64,000 nt of DNA from assembly GCA_937958885.1 (NCBI GenBank), contig CALGMT010000026.1, positions 32,468-96,467 on the forward strand, written 5' to 3'. Both the position numbers and the translations under genes were made by a program. This document shows positions 29,327 to 37,284 of this stretch, piece after piece. Below the pieces are notes generated by a model, which was not told where the DNA came from, did no database searches, and saw nothing but the letters and a program-made list of their open reading frames with translations. Each line of letters opens with the position of its first letter. Within the stretch, counting starts at the first letter, position 1. The DNA comes from an uncultured bacterium. Its GTDB lineage: Bacteria; Verrucomicrobiota; Kiritimatiellia; CAIVKH01.

Positions 29327-30900
29327 TGAGCGCGCCGACACCCACCGCTGCCCCCGTCGAAGAATCCGCGATCCCCGCGTTCCCGGCGATGCGCCTCGCG
29401 CAGCCGGTGACGATTACGATTCTCGGCGCGTCGGGCGACCTCACGCGGCGCAAGTTGCTGCCCGCCCTTTATGCGATGTACGCGCAGGGCCTGCTGCCGA
29501 AGGAATTCGCCATCGTCGGCGTCGCTCGACGCGAGCACGACGATAACTCATTTCGCGCCTTCGCCGAGGAAGCGCTGCGCGCGTTCGCGCGGCTGCCGGT
29601 CCGCGACGAAGTCCTGCGCAGCTTCTGCGCGCGACTTCACTACCACCGCGGCGACATCGAACAATACGAGGCCTATCGCAGCCTGCATGCGCGCCTGTTC
29701 GACCGCCGCCTGTTCCCGCCCCATCGACTCTTCTATCTGTCCATCCGCCCTGAGCTGTTTTCCCCGGTGCTCGGCCACATGAAGGCTGCAGGCCTAGTCG
29801 AACCGCACGACGCGGAACACTGGACGCGCGTGGTCATCGAGAAGCCCTTCGGCCATGACCTCGACTCCGCGCGCGCGCTGAACCGCGACGTCCTCACGCA
29901 CCTGCACGAGTCGCAGGTCTTTCGCATCGACCATTATCTCGGCAAGGAGACGGTCCAGAACATCCTCTCATTCCGGTTCGCCAACGCGATTTTCGAGCCG
30001 CTCTTCAACAGCCACCTCGTGGACCACATCCAAATCACTGCCGCCGAGACTGTCGGCATGGAGAGCGGGCGCGGCGCCTACTACGATGCCAGCGGCGCGC
30101 TGCGCGACATGCTGCAGAACCACCTGCTCCAGTTGATGTGCCTCGTCACGATGGAGCCGCCCGCCAGCCTCACCGCGGAGGCGCTGCACAACGAGAAGGT
30201 CAAGGTGCTGCAATCGATCCGCCCGCTCGATGAAGCGACCTTGCCTGCGGCGGTCGTGCGCGCGCAGTACCGCGCGGGCGTCCAAAACGGCGCAGCCGTG
30301 CCCAGCTATCGCGAGGAGGAGCGCATCGCCCAGGACTCGAAGACTGAGACCTACGTCGCGCTGCGTTTGCACATCGATAATTGGCGCTGGGCCGGCGCGC
30401 CGATTTATCTGAGAACCGGCAAGCGCCTCGCCCGCCGCGTCACCGAGATTGCGGTGCAGTTCAAGAAACCGCCGCTGCAGTTGTTTCAACTCGTCGAATG
30501 CGAAGGCGACGTCTGCGATTTGACCGGCGCGAGTCCGAACCAACTGGTGTTTCGCATCCAGCCCGACGAGGGCATTTCGCTTCAGTTCGCCGCCAAGCGG
30601 CCCGTGATGCAACTGCAGGTGGAAAACGTCGCGATGGATTTCTCCTATTCCGCCACCTGGCGCAAGCAGTTGCCCGAGGCCTACGAGCGGCTGCTGCTCG
30701 ACGTGTTGCGCGGCGACTCGACGTTGTTCACACGATCCGACGAGGTGGAGGCCGCCTGGCGCGTCGTCGATCCGATCTTATCCGCGTGGTCCTCGAACCC
30801 CGACTTTCCGCTCGCGTTCTACGCCCCCGGAAGCTGGGGCCCCGCCGAAGCCGACGCGCTGTTCACCGGCCCGGATCAGTCGTGGCGCAATCCGGCGTAA
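29326..30900 (+). CDS. zwf: Glucose-6-phosphate 1-dehydrogenase
   Basis: GASGDLTRRKL NADP-binding site; RIDHYLGKE active-site signature. Confidence 0.95.
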   Translation: MSAPTPTAAPVEESAIPAFPAMRLAQPVTITILGASGDLTRRKLLPALYAMYAQGLLPKEFAIVGVARREHDDNSFRAFAEEALRAFARLPVRDEVLRSFCARLHYHRGDIEQYEAYRSLHARLFDRRLFPPHRLFYLSIRPELFSPVLGHMKAAGLVEPHDAEHWTRVVIEKPFGHDLDSARALNRDVLTHLHESQVFRIDHYLGKETVQNILSFRFANAIFEPLFNSHLVDHIQITAAETVGMESGRGAYYDASGALRDMLQNHLLQLMCLVTMEPPASLTAEALHNEKVKVLQSIRPLDEATLPAAVVRAQYRAGVQNGAAVPSYREEERIAQDSKTETYVALRLHIDNWRWAGAPIYLRTGKRLARRVTEIAVQFKKPPLQLFQLVECEGDVCDLTGASPNQLVFRIQPDEGISLQFAAKRPVMQLQVENVAMDFSYSATWRKQLPEAYERLLLDVLRGDSTLFTRSDEVEAAWRVVDPILSAWSSNPDFPLAFYAPGSWGPAEADALFTGPDQSWRNPA

Positions 30901-31057
30901 TGAATTCGGGAAACGGAAGACGGAAAACAGAAGAATTTCCAGGTCTTTTGTGCTGCAGGCGCGGGCGCAAGAACCCGCCGAGATCGGATCAACGCATGCC
31001 CTGCGTGCGGCTATCGGGCCGTAAATCGAAACCCTAACCCCGGCCCTATTCCGCGCG

Positions 31058-31170
31058 GCGGGAGGGGGAGGGGGAGGGAGAGGGAGAGGGAGAGGGAGCG
31101 GGAGCGGGAGAGGGAGAGCGAGAGGGAGAGGGAGAGGGAGAGCGAGAGGGAGGAAGAGCGAGGGAGAGGG
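31058..31170. repeat. Homopurine hexanucleotide microsatellite (GGGAGA/GGGAGC/GCGAGA), about 19 units
   Basis: Read directly: ~113 bp of G/A with occasional C, hexamer period. Lies between the convergent zwf and rubredoxin genes. Confidence 0.9.
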
Positions 31171-31173
31171 CAT

Positions 31174-31253
31174 TTCCATGCTCTGTAAAAACTTTTTTAA
31201 GAACTTCCATGCTCTGTAAAAAATTAATTTGCGGCTTCCATGCTCTGTAAAAA
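31174..31253 (+). repeat. Three tandem exact copies (31-bp period) of TTCCATGCTCTGTAAAAA
   Basis: Copies start at 31174, 31205 and 31236; directly follows the hexanucleotide tract. Confidence 0.9.
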
Positions 31254-31274
31254 ATTTGTTTGCCGCGCGCGCCG

Positions 31275-31463
31275 TCAAAACGGCTCGAAGGCTTTCTTGA
31301 GCGCGAGGCAAAGAGGGCAGACCCAGCCGTCGGGCAGCGCCTGGAACGGTGTGCCGGGCGCGATGCCGTGTTCGGGATCGCCCATTTGCGGGTCGTACAC
31401 ATACCCGCAGCAGGTGCAGACCCAACGCTCCGCCGTAACCGGGGTTTCGTCTTTCGTTGTCAT
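31275..31463 (-). CDS. Rubredoxin
   Basis: [12 protein letters not shown] and GWVCPLC motifs; probable start at the internal ATG (MTTKDE...). Confidence 0.85.
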   Translation of the reverse strand: MTTKDETPVTAERWVCTCCGYVYDPQMGDPEHGIAPGTPFQALPDGWVCPLCLALKKAFEPF

Positions 31464-31524
31464 GGCTTCGGCACCATAATACAAGACGCGCGCGGGTCAA
31501 GCGATCCCAGGGAGAAAAGGTCCG

Positions 31525-32331
31525 ATGAAGAAGAATGCACAGATCATCACCGGTTTGGGCGAGGGCGAGGTCGCGGGATACGCTTTCCTGCCGGGCGACC
31601 CCGGGCGCGTGCCGAAAATCAGCGAGGGGTGGGACGATCTGCAGGAGGTGTGCCGCGTTCGGGAATACGTGGTGCACACGGGCCGTGTGCAGGGCGTCCG
31701 AATGACCGCCGCATCCACAGGCATCGGCGGGCCGTCGCTCGCGATCCTCGTCGAGGAACTCGCGAAACTCGGCACGCACACGTTCATCCGCGTCGGCAAC
31801 AGCGGCGCGATTGCGGATGAAGTGGAATTGGGCGATTACGTCATCTCGACCGGCGCGGTTCGCGACGAGGGCACCTCGCGCACGTACGTCGGCCTCGAAT
31901 ATCCGGCCGTCGCGGACTATCGCGTGGTGTCGGCGCTGGTGGAGGCCGCGCGCGAGTCGGGGCAGCGGTATCACACGGGGGTCACGGTTTCTACAGATGG
32001 TTTCTATTCCCGCAACAAAGTGGTCGGGGAGGGCGGGCGCATCCTGCCGATGTCGTTCGGCGGCTATGAGCAACTCGGCATGAACGATGTGTGCGCGAAT
32101 TGGAAGCGCGCGCGGGTGCTGAATGTGGAGATGGAGTCGGCGACGTTGTTCACGATGTGCAATCTCTTCGGCCTTCGCGCGGGCACGATCTGCACCGTTT
32201 CGGATCGCACGCCGTGGACCGCGCCCGGACAGGACGCGTTGTCGCTCGACAAAAATATCCGCGGCGCAATCCAGATCGCGATCCAGGCCGCCTTGATACT
32301 TGAACGCGCAGGGACCCGCGATTCAGCATGA
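31525..32331 (+). CDS. Nucleoside phosphorylase (PNP/UDP phosphorylase family)
   Basis: PNP_UDP_1-like sequence (GIGGPS, EMESA motifs). Confidence 0.7.
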   Translation: MKKNAQIITGLGEGEVAGYAFLPGDPGRVPKISEGWDDLQEVCRVREYVVHTGRVQGVRMTAASTGIGGPSLAILVEELAKLGTHTFIRVGNSGAIADEVELGDYVISTGAVRDEGTSRTYVGLEYPAVADYRVVSALVEAARESGQRYHTGVTVSTDGFYSRNKVVGEGGRILPMSFGGYEQLGMNDVCANWKRARVLNVEMESATLFTMCNLFGLRAGTICTVSDRTPWTAPGQDALSLDKNIRGAIQIAIQAALILERAGTRDSA

Positions 32332-33122
32332 AGCCCTATCTCGATCTACTGCGTCGGGTGCGCACTGAAGGCGTGCGGAAATCAGATCGCACCGGCACCG
32401 GCACGTTGAGCGTATTCGGGCATCAAATGCGTTATGACCTCGCGGCGGGGTTTCCGGCGGTGACGACGAAGAAACTGCATTTTCGCTCCATTATTCACGA
32501 GTTGCTCTGGTTCCTGAAGGGCGACACGAATATCGCGTATCTCAAAGCCAACAAGGTCACGATCTGGGATGAATGGGCGGATGCCAACGGCGATTTGGGG
32601 CCGGTGTACGGCGCGCAGTGGAGATCGTGGAGGGCGGCGGACGGGCGGACGGTGGATCAGATCGCACAGGTCGTGGAGCAAATTCGGACGAATCCGGATT
32701 CCCGTCGCCTCGTTGTGACGGCGTGGAATCCCGGCGAGATCGACCGGATGGCGCTCGCGCCGTGCCATTGTCTTTTCCAGTTTTACGTCGCCGAGGAGCG
32801 GCTGTCGTGCCAGCTCTATCAGCGCAGCGGCGATGTGTTTCTCGGGGTGCCGTTCAACATCGCATCGTATGCGCTGCTGACGATGATGATGGCGCAGGTG
32901 ACGGGTTTGCGTCCGGGCGAATTCATCCACACGCTCGGCGACGCGCATTTGTATCTGAACCACCTTGAGCAGGCCGATCTTCAGCTCGCGCGCGAGCCGT
33001 TTCCGCCGCCGACGATGCGCCTGAATCCCGCCGTGAAATCGATCTTCGATTTTCGCTACGAGGACTTTTCGCTTGAGCATTACCAGTGCCACCCGGCGAT
33101 TCCCGCCCCGATTGCGGTGTGA
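32328..33122 (+). CDS. thyA: Thymidylate synthase
   Basis: Canonical ThyA sequence (DRTGTGT, PCH..FQFYV). Confidence 0.95.
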   Translation: MKPYLDLLRRVRTEGVRKSDRTGTGTLSVFGHQMRYDLAAGFPAVTTKKLHFRSIIHELLWFLKGDTNIAYLKANKVTIWDEWADANGDLGPVYGAQWRSWRAADGRTVDQIAQVVEQIRTNPDSRRLVVTAWNPGEIDRMALAPCHCLFQFYVAEERLSCQLYQRSGDVFLGVPFNIASYALLTMMMAQVTGLRPGEFIHTLGDAHLYLNHLEQADLQLAREPFPPPTMRLNPAVKSIFDFRYEDFSLEHYQCHPAIPAPIAV

Positions 33123-33130
33123 GCACGCGC

Positions 33131-33634
33131 GTGAACATTATCGTGGCCGTTTCGGACAACGGCGTGATCGGACGCGGCGGCGGGCTGCCGTGGCGGCTGC
33201 CGGACGATCTGCGCCGGTTCAAAGCATTGACCATCGGGCATCCGGTCATCATGGGCCGGCGGACGTGGGAATCGCTGGGGCGTCCGTTGCCCGGTCGGCG
33301 CAACATCGTGGTCACGCGCAATCGAGCGTATGCCGCGCAGGGGGTTGAAATTGCGGGTTCATTGCAGAAGGCCCTGGCGCAGGTCGCCGACGCCGCGGAG
33401 GTCTTTGTGATCGGCGGCGCATCGCTCTATGCCGACGCGTTGCCGCTTGCCCATCGGCTGTATCTGACGCGCGTTCACGCCGAGGTGGAGGGGGACGTGC
33501 GATTTCCCGCGTGGTCGCCCGACGACTGGCAGGAGGTTGAAGCCGACGCGCATCCGGCGGATGCGCAACATCCTTTCGCGTTCACCGCACTGGTCTTCGA
33601 ATCTCGCCGCAATCGGCTTGATAAGCGCATTTGA
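33131..33634 (+). CDS. folA: Dihydrofolate reductase
   Basis: GTG start; IVAVS.NGVIG..G.LPW and GR.T.ES motifs; classic thyA-folA pair. Confidence 0.85.
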   Translation: MNIIVAVSDNGVIGRGGGLPWRLPDDLRRFKALTIGHPVIMGRRTWESLGRPLPGRRNIVVTRNRAYAAQGVEIAGSLQKALAQVADAAEVFVIGGASLYADALPLAHRLYLTRVHAEVEGDVRFPAWSPDDWQEVEADAHPADAQHPFAFTALVFESRRNRLDKRI

Positions 33635-33652
33635 CGCGCGTATTGTCTCATC

Positions 33653-34039
33653 GTGTCCCGCGCCGTCCATTTCATCGTCGCCGTTGCCCTATTTGCCGCG
33701 TCCAATTTGCATCTGCCCGTGCTGCAGGTGGTGGCGTGGACGGGCATGATTGTCTCCTACAGCCAGGGCCGAACGGTTTCAGAGGCGGTTCGCATGACCT
33801 TCGACGGCGAGCATCCGTGCCCGATGTGCAAAGCCATTAAGAAGCAGCAAACGGAGCAACCGCAGCAACTTCAAGTTGCGTCGCCCACAATGAGATTGAT
33901 GGCCGTTTGGGAACCCCCTGACGGTTACGAGCATATCCGCATTATGGTGGATCGTCTGGGCGATTTTACTAACGCCTGGGCTTCATTTTCATGGCCGCCC
34001 GAGCGGCTTCCTCCGCGCGTACACGCCATCTTCGGCTAG
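33653..34039 (+). CDS. Hypothetical small membrane-anchored protein with an HPCPMC (CxxC) motif
   Basis: N-terminal TM helix; single CPMC motif; no family recognised. Confidence 0.4.
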   Translation: MSRAVHFIVAVALFAASNLHLPVLQVVAWTGMIVSYSQGRTVSEAVRMTFDGEHPCPMCKAIKKQQTEQPQQLQVASPTMRLMAVWEPPDGYEHIRIMVDRLGDFTNAWASFSWPPERLPPRVHAIFG

Positions 34040-34130
34040 CCGTACGACGATCGTTCAAGAGCGCACAACCCGTCCAACTCTCGGCGGGCGGAGTGCGCCG
34101 TCCAATAAAATCAATTCGGAGGAATCTTTT

Positions 34131-34928
34131 GTGAAGAAAGTTTTACTGTGTGTCTTAGCTCTGCCGCTTGCTGTTCAAGCGGCCACCATTACCAACGTCC
34201 CGATGCAGGGCGGCATGATCATGCCGATGTTCGAATATCACGACGATCACGGGCATCTTCATGTGATGATGCCGACGAATGTCCCCCAGTTGACCCCCTT
34301 GTTGGTCAGTCATCCGGCGGACAATTTCGATCCGGCCGATCCGTGGTTCAACAACCTGGATCCCAGCGCGCAGGGATATTCATTCAGCCGCCGGTATGGC
34401 TGGGTGATGAGCGGCATGAGCGATCCGCTCCCGCCCAACACAGCAATATGGATTCGAAAACTTTCCGGCTCGCCTGAGCTGGGGTTTTATCGCTACAGCG
34501 GGTCCATGCCCAAAGCGTGGGAGCCGATCTACGGCACTGACGGTTCGCCTATGGCGCGGATGTGGAACGGCATGATGTTCCATCCGGGCGTCTCTGCGCC
34601 GCCCGGAACAAACCCGCTGTCGGCGACGTTCGAGGCCTATCTGGTGGATACCGTCACGTCGAACGAAGTCGCCGGCTCCAGCACAGGGCCGTTCGTCCTC
34701 AACTTCACGAATGTGGGGGATGGGCGTCCGGTGTTGGATGCAGCGATGAAGTTTGCCGTGCAATGGGATCCTGCTGCGACAAACTGGGGCTTGGAGTGGG
34801 CGCATTCGCCTACATCCACCGTGTGGAATGCTGTGACCAATATGCCTGTTGAGATCGACGGTTCCGCTACCGTGATCCAGGACCCGAGCGCAGGCTCGCG
34901 CGTCTATCGGCTGCGCAGATTGCCATAA
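34131..34928 (+). CDS. Secreted hypothetical protein with a Met/His-rich N-terminal region (candidate metal-binding)
   Basis: Signal peptide MKKVLLCVLALPLAVQA; MQGGMIMPMFEYHDDHGHLHVMMP segment; Trp-rich. Confidence 0.45.
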   Translation: MKKVLLCVLALPLAVQAATITNVPMQGGMIMPMFEYHDDHGHLHVMMPTNVPQLTPLLVSHPADNFDPADPWFNNLDPSAQGYSFSRRYGWVMSGMSDPLPPNTAIWIRKLSGSPELGFYRYSGSMPKAWEPIYGTDGSPMARMWNGMMFHPGVSAPPGTNPLSATFEAYLVDTVTSNEVAGSSTGPFVLNFTNVGDGRPVLDAAMKFAVQWDPAATNWGLEWAHSPTSTVWNAVTNMPVEIDGSATVIQDPSAGSRVYRLRRLP

Positions 34929-34992
34929 CGCACTCGTCCGGCCTCGACCCCGCAACGGGTCGAGGCCGGATTCGTGCGGCGAGGATGTAGTC

Positions 34993-35658
34993 ATGCGAAG
35001 GGGGAATGCGGCCGCTAATGCGTTCACGCTGATCGAGTTGCTGGTCGTGCTGGCGATCATCGCGATTCTGGCCGGCCTGGTCGTGCCGTCCTTGTTGCGC
35101 GCGCGCGAGCAAGCGTTCCGGGCGGCGTGTTCATCCAATATGCGGCAGATCGCCATCGCAACGTTGTCGTTTGCGGATGATCGCGACGGGCGGTTTCCCC
35201 GAAGCCAGCATTCGGCTTTTACCCATGGCGAGCGTCCATGGGCGCGCGCAGTGGCCACGTATCTCGGATCGGATGATCGACGCTGGACGAATCTGCTCAA
35301 GGGCGTGTATCGATGCCCGCGCGACGGCCGCCGGAATATGTTGAGCTACGGCTTGAATGTCTATTTTGAACTGGGGCCTGAAGACGATTATGAAGGGCGG
35401 CCGGCCATGTGGCGTACCCGCGATGCGGTGCCGCGGCCGTGGGCCACGATTTTATTGGGGGAGAATGACAGCGACGCGGACCATATCATGCCCAATTTCT
35501 GGGGTTCCATTTCGGACGTCGCCGATCTTGCCTTCGACCGGCACGGGGAGGGCGCGAATTATGTGTTTGTGGACGGGCACGTCGAATTTCGAGCTTTGAA
35601 TCGGGTGTTTGACCCTCAACGAAATGTCGACGCATGGAACCCCCTTAAAGCAGAATAA
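34993..35658 (+). CDS. Prepilin-type N-terminal cleavage/methylation domain protein with C-terminal H-X9-DG (DUF1559) domain
   Basis: NAFTLIELLVVLAIIAIL class III signal; FVDGHV motif near the C-terminus. Confidence 0.8.
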   Translation: MRRGNAAANAFTLIELLVVLAIIAILAGLVVPSLLRAREQAFRAACSSNMRQIAIATLSFADDRDGRFPRSQHSAFTHGERPWARAVATYLGSDDRRWTNLLKGVYRCPRDGRRNMLSYGLNVYFELGPEDDYEGRPAMWRTRDAVPRPWATILLGENDSDADHIMPNFWGSISDVADLAFDRHGEGANYVFVDGHVEFRALNRVFDPQRNVDAWNPLKAE

Positions 35659-35678
35659 CAAACCAGGAGCGTATCGAT

Positions 35679-37076
35679 ATGCAGACGAGAACCTCTGCGA
35701 TAACGGCATTGGCTGAAGAACAGGCGCGGGCGACGGCGCCGCGGATCGGATGGGTCGGCTTACACGGGTGGCTCATCGCAGCGGCGATGGCGCTTGCGGT
35801 AGCTGCGGGGCTCGCCATGCGCGTGGAATGGCTTACGCCGCAACTGGACGCGATGCAGGCCCGGACCTTTGGCGTAGCGCTTACGGCACACGGCGCGCTT
35901 TCGTTTTACTTTGTGCTGATCCCGTCCGCGTTCATTATCCCCATGCTGATGATCGCGCAACGCGGGCGCGCGGATGGAACTATGCCATTTCCTCGACTGG
36001 TGCGCACAGCCGCGTATTTGCAAGCCGCGGGATTGCTTGCGCTGTTGATGCTCGTCCTGACAGGAGGGAGCGAGGCGGGCTGGAATGGCGCGTCAATTTT
36101 TGGCGGGTCGTTTAATGATGCGTCTCTAATCGGCTTGGCCGGCCTCCTGGCCGCGCTGGCGATGGTGGCGCAGGGTGTGCACGCCGCGATGGTCGGCGCG
36201 ATGGCCAACGGCACGGATCAAGACCGCACGGTTTCGCGCGTGGCGTTATTCACCTCCGGCGTGATGGCCTTGCCGACGGGCGGTGTTCTGGCGCTGTGCA
36301 TGGCGAGTGTGCTGATGGATGGTTTGGGCGTTGCCTCCATGTTCAACGCGGCGTTCGGCGGCAATCCGGCCCTCTATGAGCGCTTATTTCAACTCTTCAA
36401 GGTTTCCGCGCTCGCGCTGTGTTGCGTGACGCCCGCCTTTGCGTTTGCGGCCTTGGCGAGCCGCGACCCGCTTGGCGCTCGCGCGCAGATCGCGCTCAGA
36501 GTGCTCGCGGCCGTTGCACTCGTTGCCGCCGTTCCGATCGGCGGCATTCTGCTGTCTTGGAAATACGCGATGGCTGCGGCGGTCTTTTTCGGGTTGGGCG
36601 TGTTTTCGATGAGGCGCAGTCGAGGCGCTCCCGAACACTGGGCGACATACGGCATTTGGGCAATGTTTTGGATTTCCGGCATTCAGGGCTTGATGGCCGG
36701 ATTCATGACCTCGCTTCCGGGCGCACTGTCCATCTTCAGCCAGACCACCCTGGAGAGCGCGGCGCTGCACATGACCGCGCTCGCGGCGTTCGGGTTCGGC
36801 CTGCCCGCCGTGTGGCTGGCAAGCGATGAAGCGGCAGGGCGCGCGAGCAGAGCGCCGCGGATATTTTTCTGCGCCCTCGTGCTTTTTGCCGGCGTTCAAC
36901 TGACGTTTTTGCCGGATGCCTTGCTCGGATTGCGAGGACTCTCATACCGCGCAAACGCGTATCCAGCCGAGTTTCAGGTGCTCAAGATTTTTGGGACAGC
37001 GGGGTCAACAGTCATGGTGACCGGTCTCGCGCTGGTGTTCGGGTCCCTGCTTTTCAGGAAACCGCGCGCGGAGTAG
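35679..37076 (+). CDS. Heme-copper oxidase subunit I-like polytopic membrane protein lacking the canonical CuB histidines
   Basis: Direct comparison with the ctaD product in this window: LTPQ.D..Q..T......T.HG..(S)F.F.L.PS / FPRL / AGL.AL....GG...GW / GG.P.L...LF / LTF.P blocks are conserved, but WFYSHP reads QLFKVS and GHHMF is absent. 465 aa, about 12 TM helices. Confidence 0.55.
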   Translation: MQTRTSAITALAEEQARATAPRIGWVGLHGWLIAAAMALAVAAGLAMRVEWLTPQLDAMQARTFGVALTAHGALSFYFVLIPSAFIIPMLMIAQRGRADGTMPFPRLVRTAAYLQAAGLLALLMLVLTGGSEAGWNGASIFGGSFNDASLIGLAGLLAALAMVAQGVHAAMVGAMANGTDQDRTVSRVALFTSGVMALPTGGVLALCMASVLMDGLGVASMFNAAFGGNPALYERLFQLFKVSALALCCVTPAFAFAALASRDPLGARAQIALRVLAAVALVAAVPIGGILLSWKYAMAAAVFFGLGVFSMRRSRGAPEHWATYGIWAMFWISGIQGLMAGFMTSLPGALSIFSQTTLESAALHMTALAAFGFGLPAVWLASDEAAGRASRAPRIFFCALVLFAGVQLTFLPDALLGLRGLSYRANAYPAEFQVLKIFGTAGSTVMVTGLALVFGSLLFRKPRAE

Positions 37077-37211
37077 CGGCATCATTTCCGGCAAACGGTG
37101 ATTGCTGGCTGAACGACGCGCCGGCATGCGCCAGCGCGCGCGATGAGCTCAGCCCTCTTGCATTGCTCAATTAGCCTTCATTATATAAAAATATTTTCTC
37201 AATAAAAACGC

Positions 37212-37228
37212 TTTACTAAATTAGTAAA
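37212..37228. promoter_or_regulatory. Perfect palindrome TTTACTAA-A-TTAGTAAA (candidate operator) in an AT-rich island upstream of the amylase gene
   Basis: Read directly; the surrounding 37150-37240 is strongly AT-rich in a 65% GC genome. Confidence 0.4.
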
Positions 37229-37241
37229 TCGTTTTACTTTT

Positions 37242-37278
37242 GCCCTTCAGAAGTCGGGACGCGTTCAAACTGAAGGGC
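37242..37278 (+). promoter_or_regulatory. 5'UTR hairpin (9-bp stem GCCCTTCAG/CTGAAGGGC, 19-nt loop) ending 6 nt before the amylase ATG
   Basis: Inverted repeat read directly from the sequence. Confidence 0.4.
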
Positions 37279-37284
37279 ATAAGC

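Noticed and set aside
31174-31253. Tandem repeat arrays as possible CRISPR arrays
   Set aside because: Units are 18-23 bp with only 8-13 bp between them, the inter-repeat sequences are partly conserved, there are at most 3 copies, and no cas genes are present. Not CRISPR.
30778-32073. 431-aa minus-strand ORF containing an LPLPLPLALPLPLPLP stretch, and 31046..31402(-) with SPSPSP repeats
   Set aside because: The repeat peptide is the translation of the homopurine hexanucleotide microsatellite. The ORF also runs antisense through the nucleoside phosphorylase gene and across the 23-bp repeat array. It is not a gene.
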